DNA of 64,000 bases from an uncultured Planctomycetaceae bacterium. Its GTDB lineage: Bacteria > Planctomycetota > Planctomycetia > Pirellulales > PALSA-1355. A program made the translations under genes and the position numbers. The stretch lies in contig CAWHDQ010000001.1 of assembly GCA_963828155.1 (NCBI GenBank), forward strand, positions 643,684 to 707,683. Direction: 5' to 3'. The notes below the pieces were generated by a model, which worked only from the letters and a program-made list of their open reading frames with translations, was not told the DNA's origin and made no database searches. Each line of letters begins with the position of its first letter. Position 1 is the stretch's first letter. This document shows, piece by piece, positions 39,508 through 48,760 of this stretch.

Positions 39508-42500
39508 ATGGGGCTGTTTTCGTTCACTGGTTGTGATCGCGAGAAGACTCAGTCGCATTCTGCGCGGCGCCGCCCGGCCGCCCGCCGGGGCACTGGACGC
39601 GTGCTGTTCGAACAACTCGAAGATCGCAGCATGCTGACGATCACGACCTTGACGGTCGATGGCGTGCAGTCGGACAATTCGATTCAGGCTCCGGCGGGCA
39701 AGGACCTGATGGTGCCGATCGCGGCCGTCGACAGCGGCGGCGACGCCATTACCTACTCGGTGACCAGTTCCAATTCGAATGTCACGGTCACGCCGGTCTC
39801 GGGCGACACATATCTGACGCTCAACGTCTCGGGCACGACGAGCGGCGGGACGGCGTATTCGGGTCAGTTGGTCTTCAAACTGTTCGACAGCCTGACGCCC
39901 AACACCGTCAGCACGATCGAGTCGCAGGTCAATAGCGGGGCCTGGAACAATACGTCCTTCGCCCGGATCCTCAACAGCCTGTCCAGCCTGATGATTGCCC
40001 AGGGCAACTTCACCAGCAGCGGCGGCAACAATGGCGACGGCCAGCAATATAACGACGAATTCAATTCAAAGCTCACTTTCGACAGCCAGGGGATGCTGGC
40101 CTGGGCCAACGCGGGTGCCGACACCAACGACCTGGAGTACTTCATCAGCGGCGTCGACGTCCCCGGCTCGTCCACTCCGCTGGACCAGTCGCAAATGGCC
40201 ACCGACCGCGAATCGCTCGACTATCGCTACACGATCTTCGGCCAATTGGTGAGCGGGCTCGATATCTACAACGACCTGATCAACGAGACGTTGGTGTCCA
40301 ACCCCAACGACGTCGAGGGGGGCGTCGAGCAGACCTCGCTGCCCTCGCCGCTGATCACCGTCTCGTCGGCCTCGATCACCACGAACACTCAAGACACCGT
40401 TCTGGACGTGTACGCACCGGCCAGCGCGGCAGGCCAATCGTCCACCATCTCGATCACCGCCACCGAGGCCAACGGGGCCGTCGCCGAAAACGCGTTCACG
40501 GTCAACGTCGTCAGCAACACGATCGTCGACCCGCCGTACTTGGACTCGATTTCCTCGCTGGTCTCGACCACCGAGAACACTCCGGTCACGATCACCCTGC
40601 CGGTCACCAACCCGGATGGCGCCACGCTCGACTACAACATTGTCGATTCGGGCACCGGCGGCGCCCCGGCCAACGTCACCATCGGTGCGTTCGACTCGTC
40701 GACCGGACAGGTCACCTTGACGCCGGACACGGGCTTCACCGGCGAGATCAGTTTGCTGGCCGAGGTCGCGGGCAGCAACTCCGCCAACACCAGCAACGAT
40801 ACGCAGAAGTTCACGCTGTCGGTCGACGCGCCGACCACGCCCAACGCCCCGACCAATCTGACGGCATCGGCCGTGGCCAGCAACGACATCCACCTGTCCT
40901 GGACCGCTCCTAGCAGCAACATCACCGGCTATTACGTCTACCGCGGCACGACCAGCGGCGGCGAATCGTCGACTCCGCTCAACAGCACGCCGCTGTCGGC
41001 CAGCGTGACCAGCTTTGACGACCAAACCGTCTCGGCCGGCACGCAGTACTACTACAAAATTCAGGCCATCGACTCGACCGCGGCCAGCTCGCTCTCCAGC
41101 GAGGCGAATGCGACGACCTCGAGCACGGGCCCGACGGCCCCCACGGCGCCGACGAACCTGGCGGTTGCGGTCGTATCGGCCAGCGAGCTCGACCTGTCTT
41201 GGACGGCATCCAGCGGCACCGTAACGGGTTACAACATCTACCGCGGCACGAGCACGGCGGCGAATCGACCACGCCGCTCAACAGTTCGACTCTCGCGGCC
41301 GGCACGACCAGCTATCACGACACCAGCGTCACGGCCGGCACCACGTATTTCTACTTCGTCCAGGCGGTGGACAGCACGGTCGCCAGCCCCGATTCGAACG
41401 AGGTCCACGCCACCCCGTCGTCCACTGCCACCCCGGGCATCCGAGCAATCTGACCGCCACCGGCGTTTCGACCAGCGAAATCGACCTCTCCTGGACGACG
41501 GCCAGCGGCACCGTGACCGGGTACAACATCTATCGCGGCACGAGCGCGGGGGGTGAATCGAGCACGCCGCTCAACAGCTCCGCGCTCTCGGCCTCGGCCA
41601 CGTCCTATCAGGACACCAGCGTCACGAGCGGCACGAAGTACTATTACGTCGTCAAGGCGATCAACAACAACGGCGCGAGCCCGGACTCGAACGAGGCCAA
41701 TGCCACCCCGTCGTCCACTGCCACCCCGGGCACTCCGAGCAATCTGACCGCCACCGACGTTTCGACCAGCGAAATCGATCTCTCCTGGACCGCGGCCAGC
41801 GGCACCGTGACCGGGTACAACATTTATCGCGGCACGAGCGCGGGGGGGAATCGAGCACACCGCTCAACAGCTCCGCGCTCTCGGCCTCGGCCACGTCCTA
41901 TCAGGACACCAGCGTCACGAGCGGCACGACGTACTATTACGTCGTCAAGGCGATCAACGGCAACGGCGCGGGCCCGGACTCGAACGAGGCCAATGCCTCG
42001 ACCAATTCCACTACGGTTCCCGGCGCCCCGACCCTCGGAACCCCCGACGTCGTTTCCACAACCCAGATCGATCTGTCCTGGACCGGCGCCACCGGCACGA
42101 TCACCGGGTACAACGTCTACCGCGGCACCACCGCCGGCGGCGAGTCGACCACGCCGCTCAACAGCTCCACGCTCTCATCGAGCACCACGACCTATCAAGA
42201 CACCACCGCCGTTTCCGGGACGACGTACTACTACGTGGTCAAGGCGGTGAACAGCTATGGCAGCAGTTCGAGCTCGAACGAGGAAAGCGCCAAGGCCGCC
42301 ACGAGCGGCGGCGCGACCACGCCCACGGGATTGAAGCTCGACTCGACCAGCCAGACCGGCCTGGTGAGCGGCGACAATTACACCTCGCAAGCCACGCCGG
42401 TCATCGACGCTACCGCCGACGCGGGCGACACCGTCACGTTCTCGGTCAACGGCAAGACGGTCACCGCCACGGCCAATTCGTCGGGCCAGGCCCAGGCCAC

Positions 42501-43707
42501 CCTGCCGGCCGGCAGTCTGGTGGTCGGCACGAACTCGATCACCGCCACGGCTAGCAATACTTCCGGCTCGTCGACCACGTCGTCGGCGCTCACGTTGACC
42601 TACGCTCCCAGCGACGCCCAGGTCTATGTCGTGCCGGGGACGATCGGCAGCAGCCAGACGCTGACGATCAACTGGACCAGCCGGCACGCGGCGTACAACG
42701 ACGAGATCGGCGTGTACGAAGTCAGCGACACCAGCGGTACGGTCAACAGCCTGGCTCCGGGCGCCAGCGGCTACGACAAGACCGCGATCGGCGGCACGAC
42801 CGACGGCGGCCAGTTCTCGCAAGTCGTCTTCGCTAGCGGCGACAAGGGCGGCGCGACGATGAACCTGACGGTCACCGGCGGCGAGCTGTTGGTCTTCTAC
42901 ATGATTCAGAACAACACCACGGCCAATTTCCTCTCGAAGAATGCGACCGACGCCGGCAACCGCAACTCGAGTGCCAGCCAACCCACGGCCTTCTTCACGC
43001 TGACGGCCGCCAATCCCGACAGCGGCCAACACGTGCAGGTCACGGCCGACTCGACGACCGGAACCGTGCAATACGCCTGGGAAGACCAGGACTTCATCGC
43101 CGGCAGCGACAAGGACTACAACGACGTCGTAATGACGGTCGCGCTCTCGTCGGGCGATACCGCCGCGCCCAGCACGCTGCACACGCCTGACACGACCAGC
43201 TCGGGCAATGTAACGCTAAGCGCCACCTTGACCTCGGGTACCCACGATTCGACCGCGCCGGGTGACGTCGGCGTGTTCTACGTCGACGATCCCAACGGCG
43301 ACATCGGCAGCGTCTCGCCCAGTAGCTCGAACTATTTGTCGACCGCCCTGGCCAGCGGCAACACCCAGGTGCTGATCGCTTCGGGCACGACCGGCGGTTC
43401 CGCCGCCCAAACGATCACCGTGCCGGCCGGCAAGTATCTGGCGTTCTTCGCCGTTTCGAGCGGCACGCTGTCGAACTTCCTGTCGACCAATTCGTCCAAC
43501 GGCACGTCGACTTCCGGCTTGCCGAACGTGTTCGTGTCGTTCCCCAACGCCAACCCGAGCCAAATCAATCACTTCAGCTTCACCAGCCCGGAACTGATCT
43601 CGACCAATCCGAGCCAGACTCAGCTGCACGTGATGGACGAAGTGATGGGCAGTGATACCAACTTCGACGACATGGACATCGATCTGACGTTCGCCGCGTC
43701 GAGCTAA
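39508..43707 (+). CDS. giant secreted/surface protein: 'EQLEDR' N-terminus, cyclophilin-type PPIase domain, Ig/cadherin-like region, 5 FN3 repeats, DUF4114-like C-terminal modules; 3 frame disruptions
   Basis: The N-terminus reads ..RRGTGRVLFEQLEDRSMLT. The cyclophilin-like segment is FKLFDSLTPNTVSTIESQVNSGAWNNTSFARIL...MLAWANAGADTNDLEYFIS...YTIFGQLVSGLDIYNDL. There are five repeats of the form ..NLTA..S.IDLSWT...GTVTGYNIYRGT..GGES.TPLNS...YYYVVKA. The C-terminus has YAWEDQDFIAGSDKDYNDVVMTV and ..MGSDTNFDDMDIDLTF (DUF4114-like). The pieces come from ORFs 39508, 41199, 41513 and 42235, with junctions at about 41252, 41437 and 41848. Confidence 0.8.
41411..41996 (+). repeat. two near-identical tandem DNA copies (~293 bp each) encoding FN3 repeats 3 and 4
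   Basis: The segments 41411-41703 and 41704-41996 align base-for-base with only scattered substitutions and a 1-nt indel in each. The flanking FN3 units (about 41120-41410 and 41997-42290) are clearly more diverged. Confidence 0.8.
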
Positions 43708-43773
43708 TCCGTCGCGAGCCGAAGCCGCCGCCGCACGATCGCCCGAACCGGGGCGCAGCGTGTGCGCGGCCGG

Positions 43774-44112
43774 TCAGGGGGCGTCGAGGCCCGCGTCGCG
43801 GCGGGCCTTGGCCAGCACATCGGCCAGCTCGACCGTTGCGCCCTGCCGCCGTTTGCTTTCGTCGGCCGCCTCCATCAGGGTATAGATCGCCAGCGACTCG
43901 GAGGCACTCACCGGCGGCTGGCGAGTGCGGAAGAACTTGACGATTTCGACGACCAGCGGCCGGTAGCCCAGGTATTCGCCCAGCGGCACGCTCCCCTTGG
44001 CGGTGAAGGCGATCCCGCCGTAACCGGTCGCCCCCTTGCGCATGCCACGGACGGTGCCGATCCGCCCGCGCGACCAGACTCCCACGACCAGGTCGCCATC
44101 GGGGGTTGACAT
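43774..44112 (-). pseudogene. C-terminal fragment of a Gfo/Idh/MocA-like oxidoreductase (N-terminal Rossmann part missing)
   Basis: The 112-aa ORF reads ..VGVWSRGRIGTVRGMRKGATGYGGIAFTAKGSVPLGEYLGYRPLVVEIVKFFRTRQPPVSASESLAIYTLMEAADESKRRQGATVELADVL. This resembles the C-terminal alpha/beta domain of planctomycete Gfo/Idh/MocA-type oxidoreductases, from memory of that family. No NAD-binding N-terminal domain is readable in any frame of the 550 bp upstream. Confidence 0.45.
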
Positions 44113-44305
44113 GCGGGCGACACGCTGGCACCCGGGGCCCAGCGCGGCCGATTCCCCTTGCGTTTCCGGCCGCTATCTTTAGCGCGGCAGTCGCGATGCT
44201 GGCGGTCGCGACGCTGGCGAATCCAACGACGGGGCGCCGCGGACGCGAAGCCCATTTCCCAGCTTCCACCACCGCCGCTGGCAATGGCACGCTGGGATAT
44301 TGCCG

Positions 44306-44333
44306 TTGACGGGGTGAGAAGGATTCCTATAAT
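44306..44333 (+). promoter_or_regulatory. near-consensus sigma70-type promoter
   Basis: The motif is TTGACG (44306-44311), a 16-nt spacer, then TATAAT (44328-44333). The next plus-strand start codon I accept is 44665, which implies a roughly 325-nt leader or a separate small RNA. Confidence 0.35.
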
Positions 44334-44664
44334 CCGCCGCCGCCGTCTGCCAGCAGCGTCCCACTTGAGCGCAAAGTTTGGGCTTTCAGTGGGGCGTTTG
44401 CGACAAACAGTCCGATTATGCATGAGAGACGGTGGCGGCCGGTCACGCGGAGTCGTCGGGCGGAGGTCTTTCCGACCCCCGGGCAAGGATGTCCGGATTC
44501 GACGCGCCGCGATGGCAGAGAAATAAACTCGCCCCAGCCGGCGAGTCACGTCCCCATACAACTCGAAATCGAACCGCTCCTCAGGGAAGAGGCGCCGACG
44601 ATGCCCGCGATCTTCGCACCGGGCTGGCAGCGCTCTTCCGATCCCCATTAAAGGGCGCTTGCGC

Positions 44665-45957
44665 ATGCGAGTACAGCTTGCTCTCACCGCGGTCTTTGCC
44701 GCCACGGTGGTCGGTCTGACCGGTTGTCAAAGCGGACCTGGCAGTTCGGGTCGCAGCTGGTGGGGCGGCAAGTCCAAGCCGTCGGCGCCCGCCTACAGCA
44801 ACGCGCCTCCGGGCCCGCAGTTGCCCTCGGCCGCCGCGAATCCGACGACGAGCTCGGCGAACGGCTACGCCAATGTTCCGCCGGGTAGCCCGGCTTCGGC
44901 CAACAATGCCGCCGGCGCAGTCGAGCGCCCCCAGCGGTGCCTACGGCAATGCGACCGCCTCGTACGGTGCGCCGGGAGCCGCGGCCGCCCAGAGCGGACC
45001 GTATAACTCCGTCTATAACCAGGGTGGCGCTGCGCCGGTCACCACGGCGCAGGCCACCACGTATCCCAGCACCAACTACCCGACGACCGGAGTACCGGCC
45101 GGCGCCGATTCCTATCCGGCGGGCGCCGCCGCCGGCAGTAACGCGTATCCCGGCGCACCGGCCGGCATCCGCACGGCCGATGCCGGCGCCGCGGCGGGCT
45201 ACGGAGCGGGCTCGATGCCGGCTTCGGTTCCGCCGGCAGGTTCGGGTGGTTATGCCTATCCCGATCCGGGCCGCGCCGTCGAACAAGGCGGCGCCGCTCC
45301 TTACGGCGGCACGGCCGCCGGCGGAGCCTATCCGACCACGCCGCAAGGCGGCAACCCCTACAGCCGCGCCGGCTCAATCGCCGGCCGGTTACGGTGCTCC
45401 GGCTCAGGGCGCGGGTGCCGCGGCGGCCCCGGGTGGCTATGGGGCCCAAGGCGCGCCCTACCCGCCGGCCAATAGCTATCCATCGACCGCCGACAGCTAC
45501 CCCGCGTCGGCGCCGGTCTCGGCGGCCGGTTACCCGACGACTCGCTCCAACACGACCGACTCGTATCCGAATTCGAATTACTCCCCGCCCGATACGGCGC
45601 CGTACACGCCGGGGGCCACCGGCTACAATCCCAGCGGAGCGCCCTACCAGGGAACGAACGTGCCGGCGACGCCGCCCAGCGGCGGCGATCGGCCGAACCC
45701 CAACTGGCGTCCCGGCAGCACGAGCAGCTACTCGCCGACGCGGATGGCTGCCAGCGGCTCGGGCGTGATGTCGGCCGGCTACGAGACTCCGGCCGGCACG
45801 AACGCGGCAGCCGGTGGTGCCAATCCGTATGCCGCGGGAGCGGGCGCGTCCGTCGTATGGAGCACCGGGCGCTGCGGCAGCTCCGTCCTACGGTGCGCCG
45901 GCCGGCGCGGGTGGCTACGGAGCCGGTGCCGCGGGCGCCGCCCCGACCAACTACTAA
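44665..45957 (+). CDS. low-complexity Tyr/Pro/Gly/Ala-rich lipoprotein, about 3 frame disruptions
   Basis: MRVQLALTAVFAATVVGLTGC is a lipobox. It is followed by repeats of YP/YG/SYP/AGA-type motifs (..TTYPSTNYPTTGVPAGADSYPAGAAAGSNAYPGAPAG.., ..SYPSTADSYPASAPVSAAGYPTT.., ..PSYGAPGAAAAPSYGAPAGAGGYGAGAAGAAPTNY, then a stop). The junctions are at about 44925, 45365 and 45845. Confidence 0.55.
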
Positions 45958-46011
45958 GCCCCGCGACGCGGCTTGATCTCAAGCTGGGCACGACGGCCTA
46001 ATCGCCGGCGC

Positions 46012-46608
46012 TCATTTCCGCTCGCGGGCATAGCGGATTCGACAGCCGCGGGCGACGGTTTCGGCCGTGGCCGGCGCGGCATCTTTCAAGGCCGCCTCGA
46101 TCGCCGGCTCGAGGTAATTGTGCTTCACCTCGGCCGGATCGCTGTTGTCGTCCAGCCCCCCCATGTACTGCACCGTGCGCTTCGGGCCGAGGACGAACAG
46201 CTCGGGTGTAAACGACGCTCCGTAGGCCTTGGCGATCCGCTGCGACTCGTCGTACAGGTACGGGTACGGGAACTTCCTCTCCTCCGCCCGCTCGCGCATC
46301 TTTTCCGGGCTGTCCTCGGGCACGCGGTTGACGTTGATCGCCACGAATGCCGCGTGCTCGGCATGGGCCTTCGCCGCTGCGAACAGCCGGTCTTCGTACT
46401 CGCGGGCGAACGGGCAGCTGTTGCACGTGAAGATCACGATCACCACCGGCTTGTCCTTGAGATCGGAGAGCGAATGCGGTTTGCCGTCGGTGCCCGGCAG
46501 GTCTTTCCATTCGGGCGCCGCGTCGCCGATGCTGAGCACCTGGTTGTATTCGCCGGCGGTTGCGGCCGCGGCGAGCAGACAGACTGCGGCGAGCGCGAAA
46601 CGGAGCAT
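46012..46608 (-). CDS. secreted thioredoxin-fold (redoxin/TlpA-like) protein
   Basis: The 198-aa ORF is intact. The signal is MLRFALAAVCLLAAAATA. The CxxC motif lies in VVIVIFTCNSCPFAREYEDRL. Confidence 0.8.
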   Translation of the reverse strand: MLRFALAAVCLLAAAATAGEYNQVLSIGDAAPEWKDLPGTDGKPHSLSDLKDKPVVIVIFTCNSCPFAREYEDRLFAAAKAHAEHAAFVAINVNRVPEDSPEKMRERAEERKFPYPYLYDESQRIAKAYGASFTPELFVLGPKRTVQYMGGLDDNSDPAEVKHNYLEPAIEAALKDAAPATAETVARGCRIRYARERK

Positions 46609-46973
46609 GGGTCACCTGCGGGAGGATGGATCGCTGGGGTCGGCGGGGAGGGAGCCCGCGCGCGCCGGGGCAGCGGTAGGTTGTGCGTCGGGCAGGACCG
46701 GGTTCGGCGGCGGAGCATCCACACCGGAGCCGCCGCCGCTTGAGCATTCTAAGTTCGTGGGATCGCGCCCGCAAAGTCGGCAGCGGCGGAATTATCGGCC
46801 ATTCGAGGCAATTGCCAACCGATGACAGGACCGGCTTTTTCCGGGTTGACTGTGCGGCGCCGCGGAAACTGCCCGCGCACTGCGCCGGCAGCGGGAAATC
46901 GAGCCAGAATTGAGCAGGTCATCGCCCCCGACCAGCCACGGTTAGCACTCCCAGTCGCCGACGGAATCCATTG

Positions 46974-48760
46974 ATGTTCTTCGCTTCCCTGGCCGCAGTT
47001 TTGGTTTCGAGCGTGGCCCTGGATTTCGAATTGCCGGACGAGCACGGACGGCTGCACCGCCTGCCCGATCGAGAGCAGAGCGAGCCGGTCGTCGTCGCGT
47101 TTCTGGGCACGGAGTGTCCGCTCGTCCGACTGTACGCCAGCCGACTCGACGAGATTGCCGCCAAATACGCGCACAGCTGGCGTGGGGCTGGTCGTCATCA
47201 ATCCCAATGCTCACGACACGGCCGAGGACGTCGCACGGTTTGCGGCGGAGCTTGATCTGCGGTTTCCGATCTTGCTCGACCCTGGTCAGCAGGTGGCCGA
47301 TCGGTTCGGCGCGACCCGGCAACTGGAAGTCTTTCTGCTGGATGGTGACCGGCAAATCCGCTACCACGGGCGGATCGACGATCAGTACGAGCCTGGCCGG
47401 CGGCGGAGCGCGCCACGCGGGACGATCTGATTTCAGCAATTGAGGACGTGCTTGCGGGCCGAGCGGTTGCGGTCGCCGAGACCGAATTCCCGGGATGTTT
47501 CATCGATCGCGCCACCCCGGCGTCGGCCGAGGATCTGACCTACCACCGCGACGTCGCCCCGATCCTGGTGCGGCATTGCGTGGCCTGCCATCGTCCCGGC
47601 CAGATCGGGCCGTTCAATCTGATTCGCTACGAGGACGCGCTGGCCTGGGCCGACACGATTCGCGAGCGCGTCGAGCAAGGTTCGATGCCCCCCTGGCACG
47701 CCGACCCCGCCTATGGCCACTTTGCCAACGAGCGCCGGTTGAGTGCCGAGGAAAAACACACGCTGCTGGCCTGGATCAATTCCGCCCGGGCCAAGGGGGA
47801 CGCCGTCGACCAGCCGCCGCTGCCCGCGGCCAGCGACGACTGGGCCATCGGCACGCCGGACCGGATCGTGCCCCTTCCCGAACCGATTCAGGTGCCGGCC
47901 AGCGGGATCGTCGAATACATCACGGTCGAGCTCGACCCGGGCTTCACGACCGATACCTGGATTCGGGCGGCCGAAGTGATGCCGGGCGACCGCCGCGTCT
48001 TGCACCATGCCACGGTGGTGGTAGCTCCGCCCAGCCACGGCAATGTGACCAAGGCCTTCGAGCAATCGACCGTCATTTCCGGCTGGACGCCCGGCTATAC
48101 GCCGCTGATCGCGCCGCCGGGCATGGGCCGGCGCGTGCCGGCCGGCTGGCACCTTTATGTCCAGCTGCACTACGTGACGATCGGCACGCCGGCGACCGAT
48201 GCGACGCGCGTCGGCCTGCTCCTGGCCGAAGATGTCCGGCTGCCCGTCTGGACCGACATCTTGCTCCGCGAGGGATTCGTGCTCGAACCATTCCCGCCGA
48301 CCAGCAACTCGAACAAACCTGGCACGTGCGGCACGATATTCTGCTGCTGTCCCTGTTTCCGCACATGCACTTGCGCGGCCGCTCCTTCCGCTACGAGGCG
48401 ATCTATCCCGACGGCCAGACGGAAGTGCTGCTCAGCGTGCCGCGGTACGATTTCATGTGGCAGCACCAGTACGTGCTGGCCGAACCGAAACGTCTGCCCG
48501 GCGGCACCACGCTCCACGCGGTGGCCATTTACGACAACTCGGCCGGCAATCCGAGCAATCCGGATCCGAGCGCGGCGGTGAAATGCGGTTCGCAGACCAC
48601 CGATGAGATGTTCAACGGCTGGTTCGAGTACGCCGACGTGTCCGAGCCGGTCCGGTTCCGACCGACAGGCGCGGTGGTGGCGCTGGGCATGATTTGGTTG
48701 CTGGAGCAGGCCCGCGGTCGACGGAGAGCGAGTCGGCTCGATGCTTCCCGCAAGTCCTGA
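46974..48760 (+). CDS. fusion protein: redoxin-like domain + CxxCH haem-binding segment + copper type II ascorbate-dependent monooxygenase (PHM/DBH)-like domain; 3 frame disruptions
   Basis: The sequence starts MFFASLAAVLVSSVALDFELPDEHGRL..VVVAFLGTECPLVRLYASRL and continues ..GVGLVVINPNAHDT..QLEVFLLDGDRQIRYHGRIDD. The haem-binding segment is ..HRDVAPILVRHCVACHRPGQIGPFNL..MPPWHAD. The His-rich, Cu-site-like motifs are VLHHATVV and LFPHMHLRGRSFRYE..MWQHQY..GSQTTDEMFNGW. The pieces come from ORFs 46971, 47155, 47448 and 47495, with junctions at about 47168, 47425 and 48290. Confidence 0.75.

Noticed and set aside
44261-44504. tmRNA-like fragments: GGACGCGAAGCCCATTTCCCAGCTTCCACCA (44241-44271) resembles a tmRNA 3' end, and GGATTCGACG (44495-44504) resembles the 5' D-loop-like box. 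This hinted at a permuted ssrA.
   Set aside because: The putative acceptor strands (AGCUUCC versus GGCAAGG/GGGCAAG) are not complementary. There is no proper 5-bp T-stem with a 7-nt loop and no tag ORF or pseudoknots. A standard one-piece gene would have to run into a good lipoprotein CDS.
48612-48760. A 149-bp convergent overlap between the Kelch gene and the redoxin-monooxygenase gene, as possible functional antisense overlap.
   Set aside because: The overlapping Kelch tail (..ATHVANWPTGRVTARGDNRFIRTCGKHRADSL..) reads like out-of-frame sequence. An undetected indel with an earlier true stop is more likely.
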